IMG/VR virus record: IMGVR_UViG_3300047094_002472
Source of the DNA: a virus
Reading direction: 5' to 3' (one strand)
DNA: 64,000 nucleotides
Shown: piece by piece, positions 28,901-37,200 of the stretch
Layout: each line of letters starts with the position of its first letter
How positions within the stretch are numbered: position 1 is the first letter of the stretch
Translations under genes and position numbers: made by a program
The notes under the pieces: model-generated
The model's input: only the letters and a program-made list of their open reading frames with translations
What the model was told of the DNA's origin: nothing
Databases searched by the model: none

Positions 28901-30832
28901 GCTGGTGCTAATATGGCTGTGGATACCGCGGCTGAAATAGCACTATCTCCTCTTCAGCAAGATCCTGTGAATGTTCCCAAGACAATGACTGGTAAAGATG
29001 TATCAACTAAAGAAGCCGAGCGCATAATTGATAAACAGCGCGCCGATGCCGGAGAAGCCCCACTGTATAAGGGTGTAAAACAGCCGTCTACAGACTACGA
29101 AAAAGAATATGAAAAGTGGAAAGAAGCGCAGAACGACTCCGCTATGATTGATCTTACAAATCCATCAACATCATCATCTCCGGAAATCAATACTATTGCT
29201 GATATGGCTAAACAAGCTATGACGCCGGGCAGCATATACACTCACGATACACACGCTGAAGAGATTTTAAATAAAATTCTTGTTGCTCTTAACGAAATAA
29301 AACAAGTTATAGAAAGTAAGACATCTTCTGTTGGGACTACAGAAAGAAAAGAACTAACCTCTGACTCTTCGGCTAGTTCCGCATCCTCTCTACTTCAAAC
29401 TCCTACCCAGACAGAAACCCCACAGCAATCTACACAAACCCAAGTTTCTACAACCAGTGCCTCGAAACCACAAGTATATAGTTCAACAACTCCTAAAAGT
29501 GATACAAAGCAACCGGTTGCAACAAATAACAGAACAGCAGAACAAGAAAAAGCTATTAAAGATAAAGAGAAAGCAGATAAAGAATTTGCTGAAAAATATA
29601 GAAAAGAAAAGCCAGAATACGGAACAACTGCCGATCAAATTGCTGGAGGAAAATCTTCATTAGAAGCTAAGTCTGCTAGGGGTGAAAAACTATCTGAACG
29701 CGAAGAGTTCGAACTAGAGCAAGGTAGAACAGACGAATATTTCCGTAGGCGCAATAATGGAGAGAGAGATTTAGACTATGATCAAATGGTATATGCTAGA
29801 CAACAAAGGGCAGTAGCATATGAAAACAAAGATAGTTCACTTCGAGCCCAAACCTCTCCTATCAATGCAACCGAAGCTAACGTAGCAGCAAATGGTGGAT
29901 CACCAGGACCACAAAATGGATTAACCGCCCCTCAATCTGCTGCAACCGAGGCTTCTGTTGCTAGTGCAACATCTCCGCAGGTCTATGGATCGCCTACCGC
30001 TCAACTATATGCTAATAAAATAGATAAAACTAAAAAGTGGAGAACACTAGAAAAAGCTCACGGAAATGTAGAATCCCTAGAAAGAGCACAAGCGGAAAAA
30101 CTAGGAATGAGTTATGGTGATTTCCTAGCAGATAAAGATAAAATTGGAGCATTTAGACAAACAAAGGAATATAAGTCTGCTAAAGACAAAGTGTCTTCCG
30201 CTAGAACAGATTACTTGGCCGTTAAGGATGCTCCTACTGTTGGCGATGATTTTGATAAGTCAGGACACAGAAAAAACGTCGGATATGAACAAATGATGGC
30301 TAGCAGAAGAGACTCATATTTATCAAGATTCCGACCAGAAGTTAGAGAAAAGATGATGACGGATAAAGATAGAGAGAGATATATGTCCGCAGCATCTGGT
30401 CCTATTCCGACCGCCGTACCGACCCAACAAATGTCTCAGCAAACTGGCACGGGTCCGCAGACCCAACAACAGAATAGCGGTGCAACAGCAACGATGATCA
30501 CTTTAGATCCAAAAGCACTAGAAGCCATGACGTCGTTCAATAATAGTTTTGGAAAATATGTTGCAGACCTTGGGAACATAACAATCCCCAATGAAGTAAA
30601 GATTAGCGGCAACTATACTGTGGATCTTAAGATCAGTGGTGCTGCTGCTATTGAAGCTCTAGATAAGAAGATAAAAGAAATTGCTAACACATTAGTTAGT
30701 GGTACAGATTTTACATCTGCTCTTAACCAGCTCAGAGATGAAACATCTTTGGCAACAAAGAATGCAGTCAAATCGTCTAGTTCTCGTGGAACAACAAGTT
30801 CTGGAGGAAGTCAACAAGGACAAATAGCATGA
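19928..30832 (+). CDS. Tape measure protein (TP901-type core) with internal cargo domains, 3634 aa
   Basis: TP901-like core (FDKELVKLQQVTG..LAQAGL..ESAETIATGLRTIFTRI); two DTVPA(M/L)L.PGEFV motifs; Gly/Ala hydrophobic segments; position after chaperones. Confidence 0.9.
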   Translation: MAQAFNLTAQINLQAPSNLKTVVAQIRREFQTVSADVKVNVSPQAARSIDNVTNRLDAMNASLIQARNNTTALDSALRNLSSSLSSVQSTTSKTDNAFSKTSTSVGQTAKNIKVATTEMEEFGKQSALAIRRFAAFSVVTSGVFALINAVNSGFQAFVEFDKELVKLQQVTGRGEIGLKSLEKEISNLSTTLGVSSKSLMSVASTLAQAGLSADETRVALAALAKTELAPSFDNLTDTTEGAIAAIRQFGLEAGDLEKALGSINAVAAAFAVESKDIIAAIQRTGGVFAASSRGVSEGTDALNEFIAVFTSIRQTTRESAETIATGLRTIFTRIQRAKTIDQLKEYGVELTDLEGKFVGPYEAVKRLSAALSQLDPRDLRFSSIVEELGGFRQIGKVIPLIQQFKTAQDALAVAQKGQGSLYDAQVTAQKSLANQLAKVREQFLALIRDVGKSQSFQALFKIVTGLASGLISLASAFKPILPILAIMGAVKGVSAIRQFGSGFMGGISKGGGARGVGSNIGESLSGAKDKERDDTTARASDAIRENTSALKILTDSTNKLNASVLKLDDTIKSRPSTGTGLNSGGIVRKFARGGLVPGSGNGDTVPAMLEPGEFVIRKKAVETLGASSLHKMNRYANGGAVSIQNLKGTGKRGYGKKTISEYQNKNVNIEDDDYISSQGSSIEREKISKYLSVADFASGIKELEPLLNTKDTLLRKQKSYDARIGPLAEELLKKKLGASKYLGLGTSSSNESNAPIDLIGDDNLYEVKLKNESTSDAELYSKLLRYKLEQSPESVLSQFKEAQKEKQDSISLGSIKLLEAQELRKELDATYRPKAAGGIIQKLANGGFPLIDDLPNAKGSMLPRPGISPGSPLDKIIKEGGGAVDFDRTLQRTVGDAAYASAKTASAKDEVLQKYFRDPKARLKDAKQARLTQFGKQLQDLIKQGVIEPSNLSIISKSKRVEGLAEHIQEMFGIPVQNMVFTSGGSKEPALEAMRTKGPRVNRVRKALGGLVQRFAVGGEAEALEQLGRAKLISLAQKAGIPYDYELLGKKSLEQSDRAKKDSFLQQLVDAGIISKNKAARDSTVAASRSLAVVGITGDRSEQEIKTPGASDDKSGLSVRGVPATLETGALPPNVAKRVQAKIRAGIEKMVREVGEQISKASGSIPNLDRKFVRSVASKDIEDIAGSIFEKALGVAGGGYDPMAKAIDFPGGLNEQLAGLLGVSSGVMTDVTNRASKATANRKVADGQFDRGRLEARQRFGRSQFALGGQVYGLQKGTGLKDSEFDALVKYANTNAFTEQEFKDYLALELKRKASKKDLLINSNQLRQVLLSGTTTPQASSSQLDLARQLMGAPDAKFNPKYDNARKPFATGGSVEDTVPALLTPGEFVINKKAAQQIGYSKLNRMNKADKIKGYNKGGPVGVQRFEVGGEVAGVSEKILKSILVEVSAKENNSGGKELINTIKDAIANQALGTKSASEAIVDVAAGIRKLSIEKRASGNEDRAQSLKKIFDRLDELQKSRGGSSLVEATNTRVGIDTAKPTGETAPASETPASGPSPSGPSPSSTSTAKDEVKKRKEEQKEYFAYRAKQSGQTADAFRSTLAAKVVSREKDLAENLKNQQIGFRYSALSQSSSLKGSTDKEQLDAAKEEFAAKLKEMDPSRNAEEIDKAAARLVGSLKKGADSFDTIVEKDTVLSDMLNKTRTSAENAAIAFDDIAKENGLTSDVLREEVSSKNNKQYRQQRFMQSESGQKFGKLAEIAPDAVSRFASSGIGKALSSASDINSKLFGKSLGIFGKTMGKIGESLDKKFQSVGGSLVAFGGGLAVAGDQLPKLIESFGMRDSVAAAGVVGGIQGAGQGLASGALLGGQIAGPVGALIGGVTVAIVKGIEGAFNAINNKKLENTLKALDKTSSDLSVAFKKLDAAATDVNFSNAQSSFQKEVSVANSLRAQANFTGGSELVRMSRAFDFTGVTGALTGQSVEGEAGRSLVTQIGNQLQAAEKLGDVALSQTSTESINSFLDSLVKLPEKRKDQTQEQYNEENKDSIDQRNTQLARASQTYQQLAESGLSEEDIFMDKYIDYAAKQGKTPEDIRKQLSTEEGKKEALNIGKEQLAVDSELALKQQVLARASRELATATDNLIDIYKRAQGGLLRYSQELEKFEADAVMRANSLTGDAKIRSVDRSNENALGNISAYSMAEVEQIANQTASIAGGGDAGDTLKNNIITAKILQDELPKALKGAKDGDVDSIMEKLEKSFDAAGIEMSEQVKTQLREKLQEKIQNRQGNVGLADLAEDMSFVQDATKLTEEALKTGQAIQKAYNDTLQASINLLDQYNSNLDKSDEWNRKVADIRINAELDLARALGQSPTLEQLNDPFNTRVKSLTSGLIPGGSTDPNAINNSMKNSIEQKNIIQARIDENKKKIGMPGENREAINSQIKKDQEALAKHTRAINNGNKALEELANNSEAASNALNAIQDRQQLGDNARGLARRLLTSDSGELADFTRQMGAYTKTISGKASGRELGSLQFRQDAFAGLDNIKSVIPENIAKQMEAKLARSMIEANPQGQQILQSVIGVDAKGNPMTVDQSLKMAEEGKDPVQEQYIEAYRQATEVQAQAAQALADNALLAAEELRMDIESLFAGLETKLAKILETAKTDSEVPRPPVEAQPAPQKPLSTGRSKGKSQPPDESNKDAGAVVGSIFNALVVALGAGVGGLFAVNEVNRFRDRREDRRNKNKEKTPAEADKSKDTPDSDTDSKTKTPDADTDSGRSSRSPRGGGRGFSRKAAKAIPGLGLIFTLMGAFSALGAGYSSESGESADDYGMSGDSALDVLMDIRAILDERLCCCCKEMSDALKKEPQKQPSEMKISPVPPKPDQIKPLENNNIRVEENKPKEALSEAKDQKTEVETRSLGLDVLQGALELGGFIPGIGEFADLANAAISSGRAAMSKDPKNRMDFGIDAGLNAAAAIPFVGYAANATKITKRAIQNPLVEAGANMAVDTAAEIALSPLQQDPVNVPKTMTGKDVSTKEAERIIDKQRADAGEAPLYKGVKQPSTDYEKEYEKWKEAQNDSAMIDLTNPSTSSSPEINTIADMAKQAMTPGSIYTHDTHAEEILNKILVALNEIKQVIESKTSSVGTTERKELTSDSSASSASSLLQTPTQTETPQQSTQTQVSTTSASKPQVYSSTTPKSDTKQPVATNNRTAEQEKAIKDKEKADKEFAEKYRKEKPEYGTTADQIAGGKSSLEAKSARGEKLSEREEFELEQGRTDEYFRRRNNGERDLDYDQMVYARQQRAVAYENKDSSLRAQTSPINATEANVAANGGSPGPQNGLTAPQSAATEASVASATSPQVYGSPTAQLYANKIDKTKKWRTLEKAHGNVESLERAQAEKLGMSYGDFLADKDKIGAFRQTKEYKSAKDKVSSARTDYLAVKDAPTVGDDFDKSGHRKNVGYEQMMASRRDSYLSRFRPEVREKMMTDKDRERYMSAASGPIPTAVPTQQMSQQTGTGPQTQQQNSGATATMITLDPKALEAMTSFNNSFGKYVADLGNITIPNEVKISGNYTVDLKISGAAAIEALDKKIKEIANTLVSGTDFTSALNQLRDETSLATKNAVKSSSSRGTTSSGGSQQGQIA

Positions 30833-32502
30833 GTTACGACCCAGGAAGCAAAGTATATTACGGAACCAACGGATCAGCATCGGACAGGTTAGTTCCTGCT
30901 CCTCAAGTATCTTTTAGTACCGAGATGGTTTATGCTAATGATACCGTTGCTGGATATTCTTATATTGTTAGCCTTAATGGTTATGCTACAGCATTAGATC
31001 TAACTACCGGTGGAGCTAATGAGTATGGGTTAAAGGATATGTCTGATGCTATTCACAAAGTAAGGGAAATTTTTAGTTTAAACGGCGGCTCTTTATATGT
31101 AACCGATAAAAATGATAGTGTTATTATGGAGTGTAGGGGCGGCACCATACGCTCCTTATCTTTTGAAGAGTCCGCAAATAACTGGGTTAACTATGCTCCA
31201 TATAAGGTGGAAATAGAGTTTAGTGAAATTATTATTAGCGGATGTAATATTAGTAATACTATTAATTGCAATACTTTGAGCGTAGACTCCAACGGTACCG
31301 CCCCCAATCTCATAGATCTAGTCAAATATAAGGTAAAGTCTTTTAATGATAATTGGTCATTTAATATATCAGAAGCTGCATATAATAATTATGGAAATTT
31401 TCAAAACCAATACATAGAAATAGAATACTCTGTATCGGCCACCGGAAAAAACTTTTATAACGATCAGCAAAAACTTTTACCGGCCTGGGAGCAGGCAAAA
31501 AACTTCGTACAAGACAGAGTACATGATCAGGTTAAAGGTTTGATAGGGAATATACTCAATAGAGATTCTGCAGGTGATGGCTGTACTTCCTCAAAAACCT
31601 TGTCTCAACTCCATGATATTACTTCCCCTGGTGGTATAGACGGCATTAGTTCCACAACACATAAAATATACAACGAAACTATTACTTGTGAGGCTGGTGA
31701 AGCGGAAGGAACATTCAGTGCAACATATAAATCTATTCTTAAATATAATTCAACAGATCCACTAGCTATAGATTGTATACACACATTTAATAAGAGCAAA
31801 TCTATACAAAAAGACGGAAGAACGACCAACGTATCACTTTCTGTACAAGGCAGTATTACTGGATTAGTTCCTGGTGGACTAATTAATACTCCTAATATTA
31901 TAGAATTTCCACAAAATGGCCAGCTATTTATAGCGCAAGAAAATAATACTACCAAGTATAATACAGCCCTATCAGCTTACAATTTGGTTGGAGACGGACA
32001 AGATCTTTCTTTATCAATGAAGACACTACTAAATATTAATGCTGCCGAACTATTAATTTCTGGTAGCTGTATATCTTCTCCAAGAGCTTCTTCTTTTAGC
32101 TCCACCCACGACTACACCACTGGAACCATATCATATTCTGCAGAATACAACTCAAGTAGAGCCTGCTTAAACAACTCATCGTATAGAAGCATAAGTATAT
32201 CGGTTGAGGATAGCACTCCTATGGTTGCGGAATTCGTTATTCCGGGAAGACAAAACGGGCCAATTATTCAAAAACTTGGACCGTACACCCCCAAAAGGGT
32301 TAATGTAAACATAGAGGGTTTTTCTGAGAGCCTTATATCGTGTTGTCCTAATGTTTCTAATGTATGCTCGGGATTGGGTCTACCAGCAGATATCCCCGAT
32401 AAAGAAATAGGTGGCATGATTCTTGTGCAAAATCAAGAGACGATTAATAGTATAGATGGCTCATATAATATTAGTAGATCATATATTAAAAGAGATAATT
32501 AA
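30829..32502 (+). CDS. Tail-tip/distal tail protein, paralog 1 (putative)
   Basis: Follows tape measure; collinear similarity to next gene (RL.PAPQ.S.STE, CRGGT.RSLSF.ES.NNW, PAWEQAKNF.QDR). Confidence 0.55.
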   Translation: MSYDPGSKVYYGTNGSASDRLVPAPQVSFSTEMVYANDTVAGYSYIVSLNGYATALDLTTGGANEYGLKDMSDAIHKVREIFSLNGGSLYVTDKNDSVIMECRGGTIRSLSFEESANNWVNYAPYKVEIEFSEIIISGCNISNTINCNTLSVDSNGTAPNLIDLVKYKVKSFNDNWSFNISEAAYNNYGNFQNQYIEIEYSVSATGKNFYNDQQKLLPAWEQAKNFVQDRVHDQVKGLIGNILNRDSAGDGCTSSKTLSQLHDITSPGGIDGISSTTHKIYNETITCEAGEAEGTFSATYKSILKYNSTDPLAIDCIHTFNKSKSIQKDGRTTNVSLSVQGSITGLVPGGLINTPNIIEFPQNGQLFIAQENNTTKYNTALSAYNLVGDGQDLSLSMKTLLNINAAELLISGSCISSPRASSFSSTHDYTTGTISYSAEYNSSRACLNNSSYRSISISVEDSTPMVAEFVIPGRQNGPIIQKLGPYTPKRVNVNIEGFSESLISCCPNVSNVCSGLGLPADIPDKEIGGMILVQNQETINSIDGSYNISRSYIKRDN

Positions 32503-32514
32503 AAGAGGATTATT

Positions 32515-34227
32515 ATGACTAAAACATATTATGGACCAGAGGACAGCCAATCTTCTGCATATAGGCTTTCACCAGCCCCACAAATTAGTATTAGTACAGA
32601 ACCGTATTATAGTGGGGATATTATTATCGGATATACACACAACGTATCAATTAGGGGCTATGCAACAGCCTATAGACAAACAACAGAGACCAATACTTCC
32701 AACTCTTCTATTAACAGCTTGGGTTTGGTAACAGACAATATAGCCATGGTGCAGAAAATTTTAAGTCGTAATGGTAGTACTTTATCTATCAGAGAAGACG
32801 ATAATACGGAGACTATTAAATGTAGGGGTGGTACTCTTAGATCTTTATCTTTTAATGAATCTCCTAATAATTGGATGGGATATGCGGAATACTCAGCAAC
32901 TATCGAATTTAATGAAGTAGAACTCATTAACGGCTCCTCTCTCCATTCCATAGCTTGCTCAGACTCATACCTAGACCCCTCAAGCAAGTCTGATGGTATA
33001 ATTGATATAGATAAATATAAGATAAAAGCTTTTACAGACAACTGGTCTATTGCAACAGACGATAATCTTTACAATAGAGTTATAAACACAAATTATGGAG
33101 TGATGGATACTGAAAATTCTAGCATGACCGTAACCTATACCATATCTGCAACAGGAAAAAACCACTACGTCGATGATCTGCTAATCCCCGCATGGGAACA
33201 GGCCAAGAACTTTGCACAAGACAGGCTATATCGTAAGGTTGTAGGTATGCTATCTTCCACATTGGGATTAACAGCAAATACAGCGTGCTCAGCATCGTCG
33301 TCTTTAAGTGCAATAGGCTCCGCAACATCTGGCTCTTTACAAAACCTGGGTTCTGCCTACGGCGTTTACAACGAGACATTATCATGTAACACTTCCGAAT
33401 CTGATGGTACTTTTTCTGTTACTTATAATGCTATAATTAAGAAAAATAATAATACAGACGTTAACCATCCAGCTAGTAAGCATACTTTTAATAGAGCTAC
33501 TAATGTTCAAAACGATACTAGAAAAATAACAACAATTAGCATACAAGGAACAATAGAAGGTCTTCTTGAAGGCGGTATCATTAGAAGTGCAGGAACAGGG
33601 TTTAGACTACCCCAAAATGGATCTATTTTAATTAGCTCATCTTCTTCCACAAAATACGCACAGGCTCTTACCGCACTGAACAAGATTATCTCCGGGGAAG
33701 ACCTAATAGAAAATGTTAAAACAAAACTAGGAATCACAGCCACCAACCTAGGAATTAGCGCTCAACAATTAGCTGGATGCGGTAGCGCTAGTTTAGAACC
33801 TTCTTCTTTTAGCTTGACACATAACTACCACGAAGGTACTATTAATTATAGTGTTGAATATTCTAGTAATATTATATGTGGACAATCTGGGTCAGCAGCA
33901 AGTATAAGCATTGCTGTCGAAGATTCTTCACCAGTATTAGCAGAACTACCTATTCCCGGAACGGGTGTATTAGTAATACAAGATATGAAAACAAAGACAG
34001 CCAAAAAGATCAATATTAGTATAGAAGGAAGACTAGGTGGTAGGAGTTGTTGTTTAACTGGCAATTCTATAACTGGACAAATAGCATCAGCTGGCTTTAG
34101 TATTCCTGCTGGGATAACATTACCAAATATGACCAACTATATAGTAACACAAAAACAAAGAACGGACAATCCCATTGATGGTTCTTATAGCATTAGCTTG
34201 GGATATATGTGTGCTTCAGGATGTTAG
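32515..34227 (+). CDS. Tail-tip/distal tail protein, paralog 2 (putative)
   Basis: Full-length paralog of 30829..32502. Confidence 0.55.
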   Translation: MTKTYYGPEDSQSSAYRLSPAPQISISTEPYYSGDIIIGYTHNVSIRGYATAYRQTTETNTSNSSINSLGLVTDNIAMVQKILSRNGSTLSIREDDNTETIKCRGGTLRSLSFNESPNNWMGYAEYSATIEFNEVELINGSSLHSIACSDSYLDPSSKSDGIIDIDKYKIKAFTDNWSIATDDNLYNRVINTNYGVMDTENSSMTVTYTISATGKNHYVDDLLIPAWEQAKNFAQDRLYRKVVGMLSSTLGLTANTACSASSSLSAIGSATSGSLQNLGSAYGVYNETLSCNTSESDGTFSVTYNAIIKKNNNTDVNHPASKHTFNRATNVQNDTRKITTISIQGTIEGLLEGGIIRSAGTGFRLPQNGSILISSSSSTKYAQALTALNKIISGEDLIENVKTKLGITATNLGISAQQLAGCGSASLEPSSFSLTHNYHEGTINYSVEYSSNIICGQSGSAASISIAVEDSSPVLAELPIPGTGVLVIQDMKTKTAKKINISIEGRLGGRSCCLTGNSITGQIASAGFSIPAGITLPNMTNYIVTQKQRTDNPIDGSYSISLGYMCASGC

Positions 34228-34241
34228 TTTAAGGACTTATT

Positions 34242-37200
34242 ATGACAACAGAATATCAGAATATAGGATTAACTAACCCAATCACATTTTTAGATGCTAC
34301 AGTAGTATCATTTAATGGTAATCTTGGCGTTGGAAGCCAAGAAAGTTCATTAACTGTAGAACTTGTTGAGGATTGTGATTCTGGTCAGACGTTTGCCGGA
34401 GGTTTTCCTGATAGTCTCATAGGATCACCAGTATGTTTTCCAGAAAATCCTGGAGGAATGAACTTTTCTTTTTGTGGAATCATAACAAACTGGACCAGAA
34501 ATATCGGCACGTCAGGAAATACTTATAGCGTAACATTAACAGACCCAAGAAGAATACTTGAGAACTGCACACTAATCATAGACACATATGCTGGTACAGC
34601 ACTTAATAACATACCCAATGTATTTAATGTTTATAATTTCTATGAATCCGAATCGGCTATTACTAGCGGACAATGTTCAACCTTCGGAACATCTGGGATA
34701 TCCGGAGATCGAGGCATATCATATCAGGCTATTATCAATGCTCTTCAACAATCTAATTTGACTATACGAACTCCAACGGGATCTCCTTTGAGTATAGACC
34801 TTAGCGATCTCCCGTCTGGCTTTCCTCCTTCCTATAGGGCCAATGGTCCGTCGATGACTCTTCTTCAATTGATTACCGATGTTTGTGACGCTACTGGCTA
34901 TGATTTTTATGTCTACTTAAACTCTAACAGCGTTATAAAAATTGGACTAGTAGATCTTAGACAAAACCCATCATCTTTCTCTTATATACAAGGTATATCT
35001 GGCTATATTACCGATAGGTCTTTTGGTCGAGAATTAAGAATTGAAAAACAAAATTCTATTATTTTTGGTGAAAAAAGACACTATATGGCCACAGCATCTA
35101 ATTTTCTTCCTTATTTTGGAGAAAATACTAGATGTGAGCCAGTAACAGCGGTCCCCGGAGGCGGATCATGTGGCTTTAATGTCTTGGTATATACAAAACC
35201 TCTCGCCGCATCCCTTAGAAACCCAGGAGTTTTTGCTGGCGGAGAAGATCTCTATATCAATGAGTTCGACTTGAGAGCAAACTATGAATTATGGGTAGAC
35301 GCTGTACTAGCGGGCAATGCTGATTTAAGTTCATATGCTTTGACAGCTAAAGCTTGGTTTGAAGATAACGGTATGACTGGTAATTTTGCAAATGCTTTTT
35401 TTGCAGCTGGAAATGGAATAAAAGCGAGTGCCAAAATAAGTTCTGTACAAGACGTAACAGCAGGAAACCCTTCGCAAAATACATCCAGAAAGACACAAGA
35501 ATATATTAATGAAGATGCTAAAAAAATACATGGTTATATAGAGTCTCTTAGGCAAACATATTACGGTAAGCAGTTTCTGTGTACATTAAGTGAAAATATT
35601 TGTGTTGGTAATACACAAGACATAATGACCTCCGGAAATTCTGCCTCATCAGTAACTTGTTTAAGCACAGAGAAATTTTACAGTGCGGAACCAACAAATG
35701 ATGGTGGTTGGGTGGAAACTGGTGGAACTGTTATGGGCGTATCCGATCCCTACCTCGGTTTTTTTAGACAAGATGACGGTCGAGTAGGAGCGTTTGCTAA
35801 ATTTACTACCGGTAATGTTGGCTCTGGCCGTAAATTAAATCTAGATAATATTTCTGCTGATGAGGTATTAGTAAATGATAATGGGTCAGAGGCATACGTT
35901 AAGGCAGAGGTTGGAGAAAAAATCTATAAGATTAATAATCAAACATACGTATTAATAAAGTTTAGTGACGCCTGTTTAACGACCCTTAATTCTCAAGAAG
36001 CACAGTTTCCAGCAGCATTTCTTGCCGCGGCATCCGCAATAGCAAAAAGCTCTGGTTTAACCAGTGGTGGCTCGGGAGTTACAAATCAGGCTATGTATAT
36101 ATGTGATAGCTTGAATATGTCTAGTATGAATGAGGCTGTATCTGGGTTAGATGTTTCTTCTACTAATAAATACCAGCTAACACCCGGAGCTGTTACGCCA
36201 ATCATTGCCGCAATTCCGATGAGAAGCAATATTAGCACATATGGTCCATACTCTAATCCGAATATTGGTCAAAACGCCGGCGGTTGTAGTGCGGAACAAA
36301 ATACAGACCTTGCCCCATGGGTTTTTGGTGGCTCTAATGCTATGAATACTGCTGGAAATTTATTAGCACGACTATCCCAGATGGGATTAAATCAGGCAGA
36401 GAGTGGCTCTGTCACCCTCGTTGGTTTGCCAGACCTACCATTTCTAGGGAATGATTATAATAGCAATCCTAATCTTAGTGGTATTAATGTTAATTTTGGA
36501 TCTTCTGGTATTACAACAACCTATACCTTTCAAACATTTACTCCAAAGTTTGGTGACTTAGCAAAATCTGCTGTGGAGCAAATGAAGAATGCCGCTAAAA
36601 ACAGACAAAAGCAGCTCCAGTTTTTAAGAAACCAAGCTATAATGTCTCATAACATTAATAGAAAACTAAAAACCGTGGGTGGAGGAACAAGGAAACCGGC
36701 AGATAAAAATGTGGCAGACGGACAAACCCTTCATAGATGCATGATTGCTGATATGAAGGATTGGTACGAACAGCCGTCGGGAGATAGTCAAAGAACTGTT
36801 GTAGGTATAGATACTCTGCCAAAATCAGTACTAGAATTAAGATTTAACTACGCCAAAAAAGCATTTATGAGTTTGGATGGTTTATTTGGACCAGTATGTA
36901 AAGCTGGGGATAATGGTTGTGGCCTACCTAGATATGCTAATTATCAAAATAATAATTTTGTACAAATTAATAAAACTAATAGTTCTCCATTATCACCACA
37001 ACCGCCTTTTGATAAAGAGGGAAATTGTAACGATCCAATAACTATGGATCAATATAATCTACGAATTAATCAAAAATATTTAGATCCTCTTACTAATAAG
37101 GTTTCAGGAAGTAATCATCATCACGATGGAGATGGCGCCGGTCACGCCATAGACCTTTTAGGTAGGGGTGATACTCCGCCGGATGAGACGATGTTAATGA

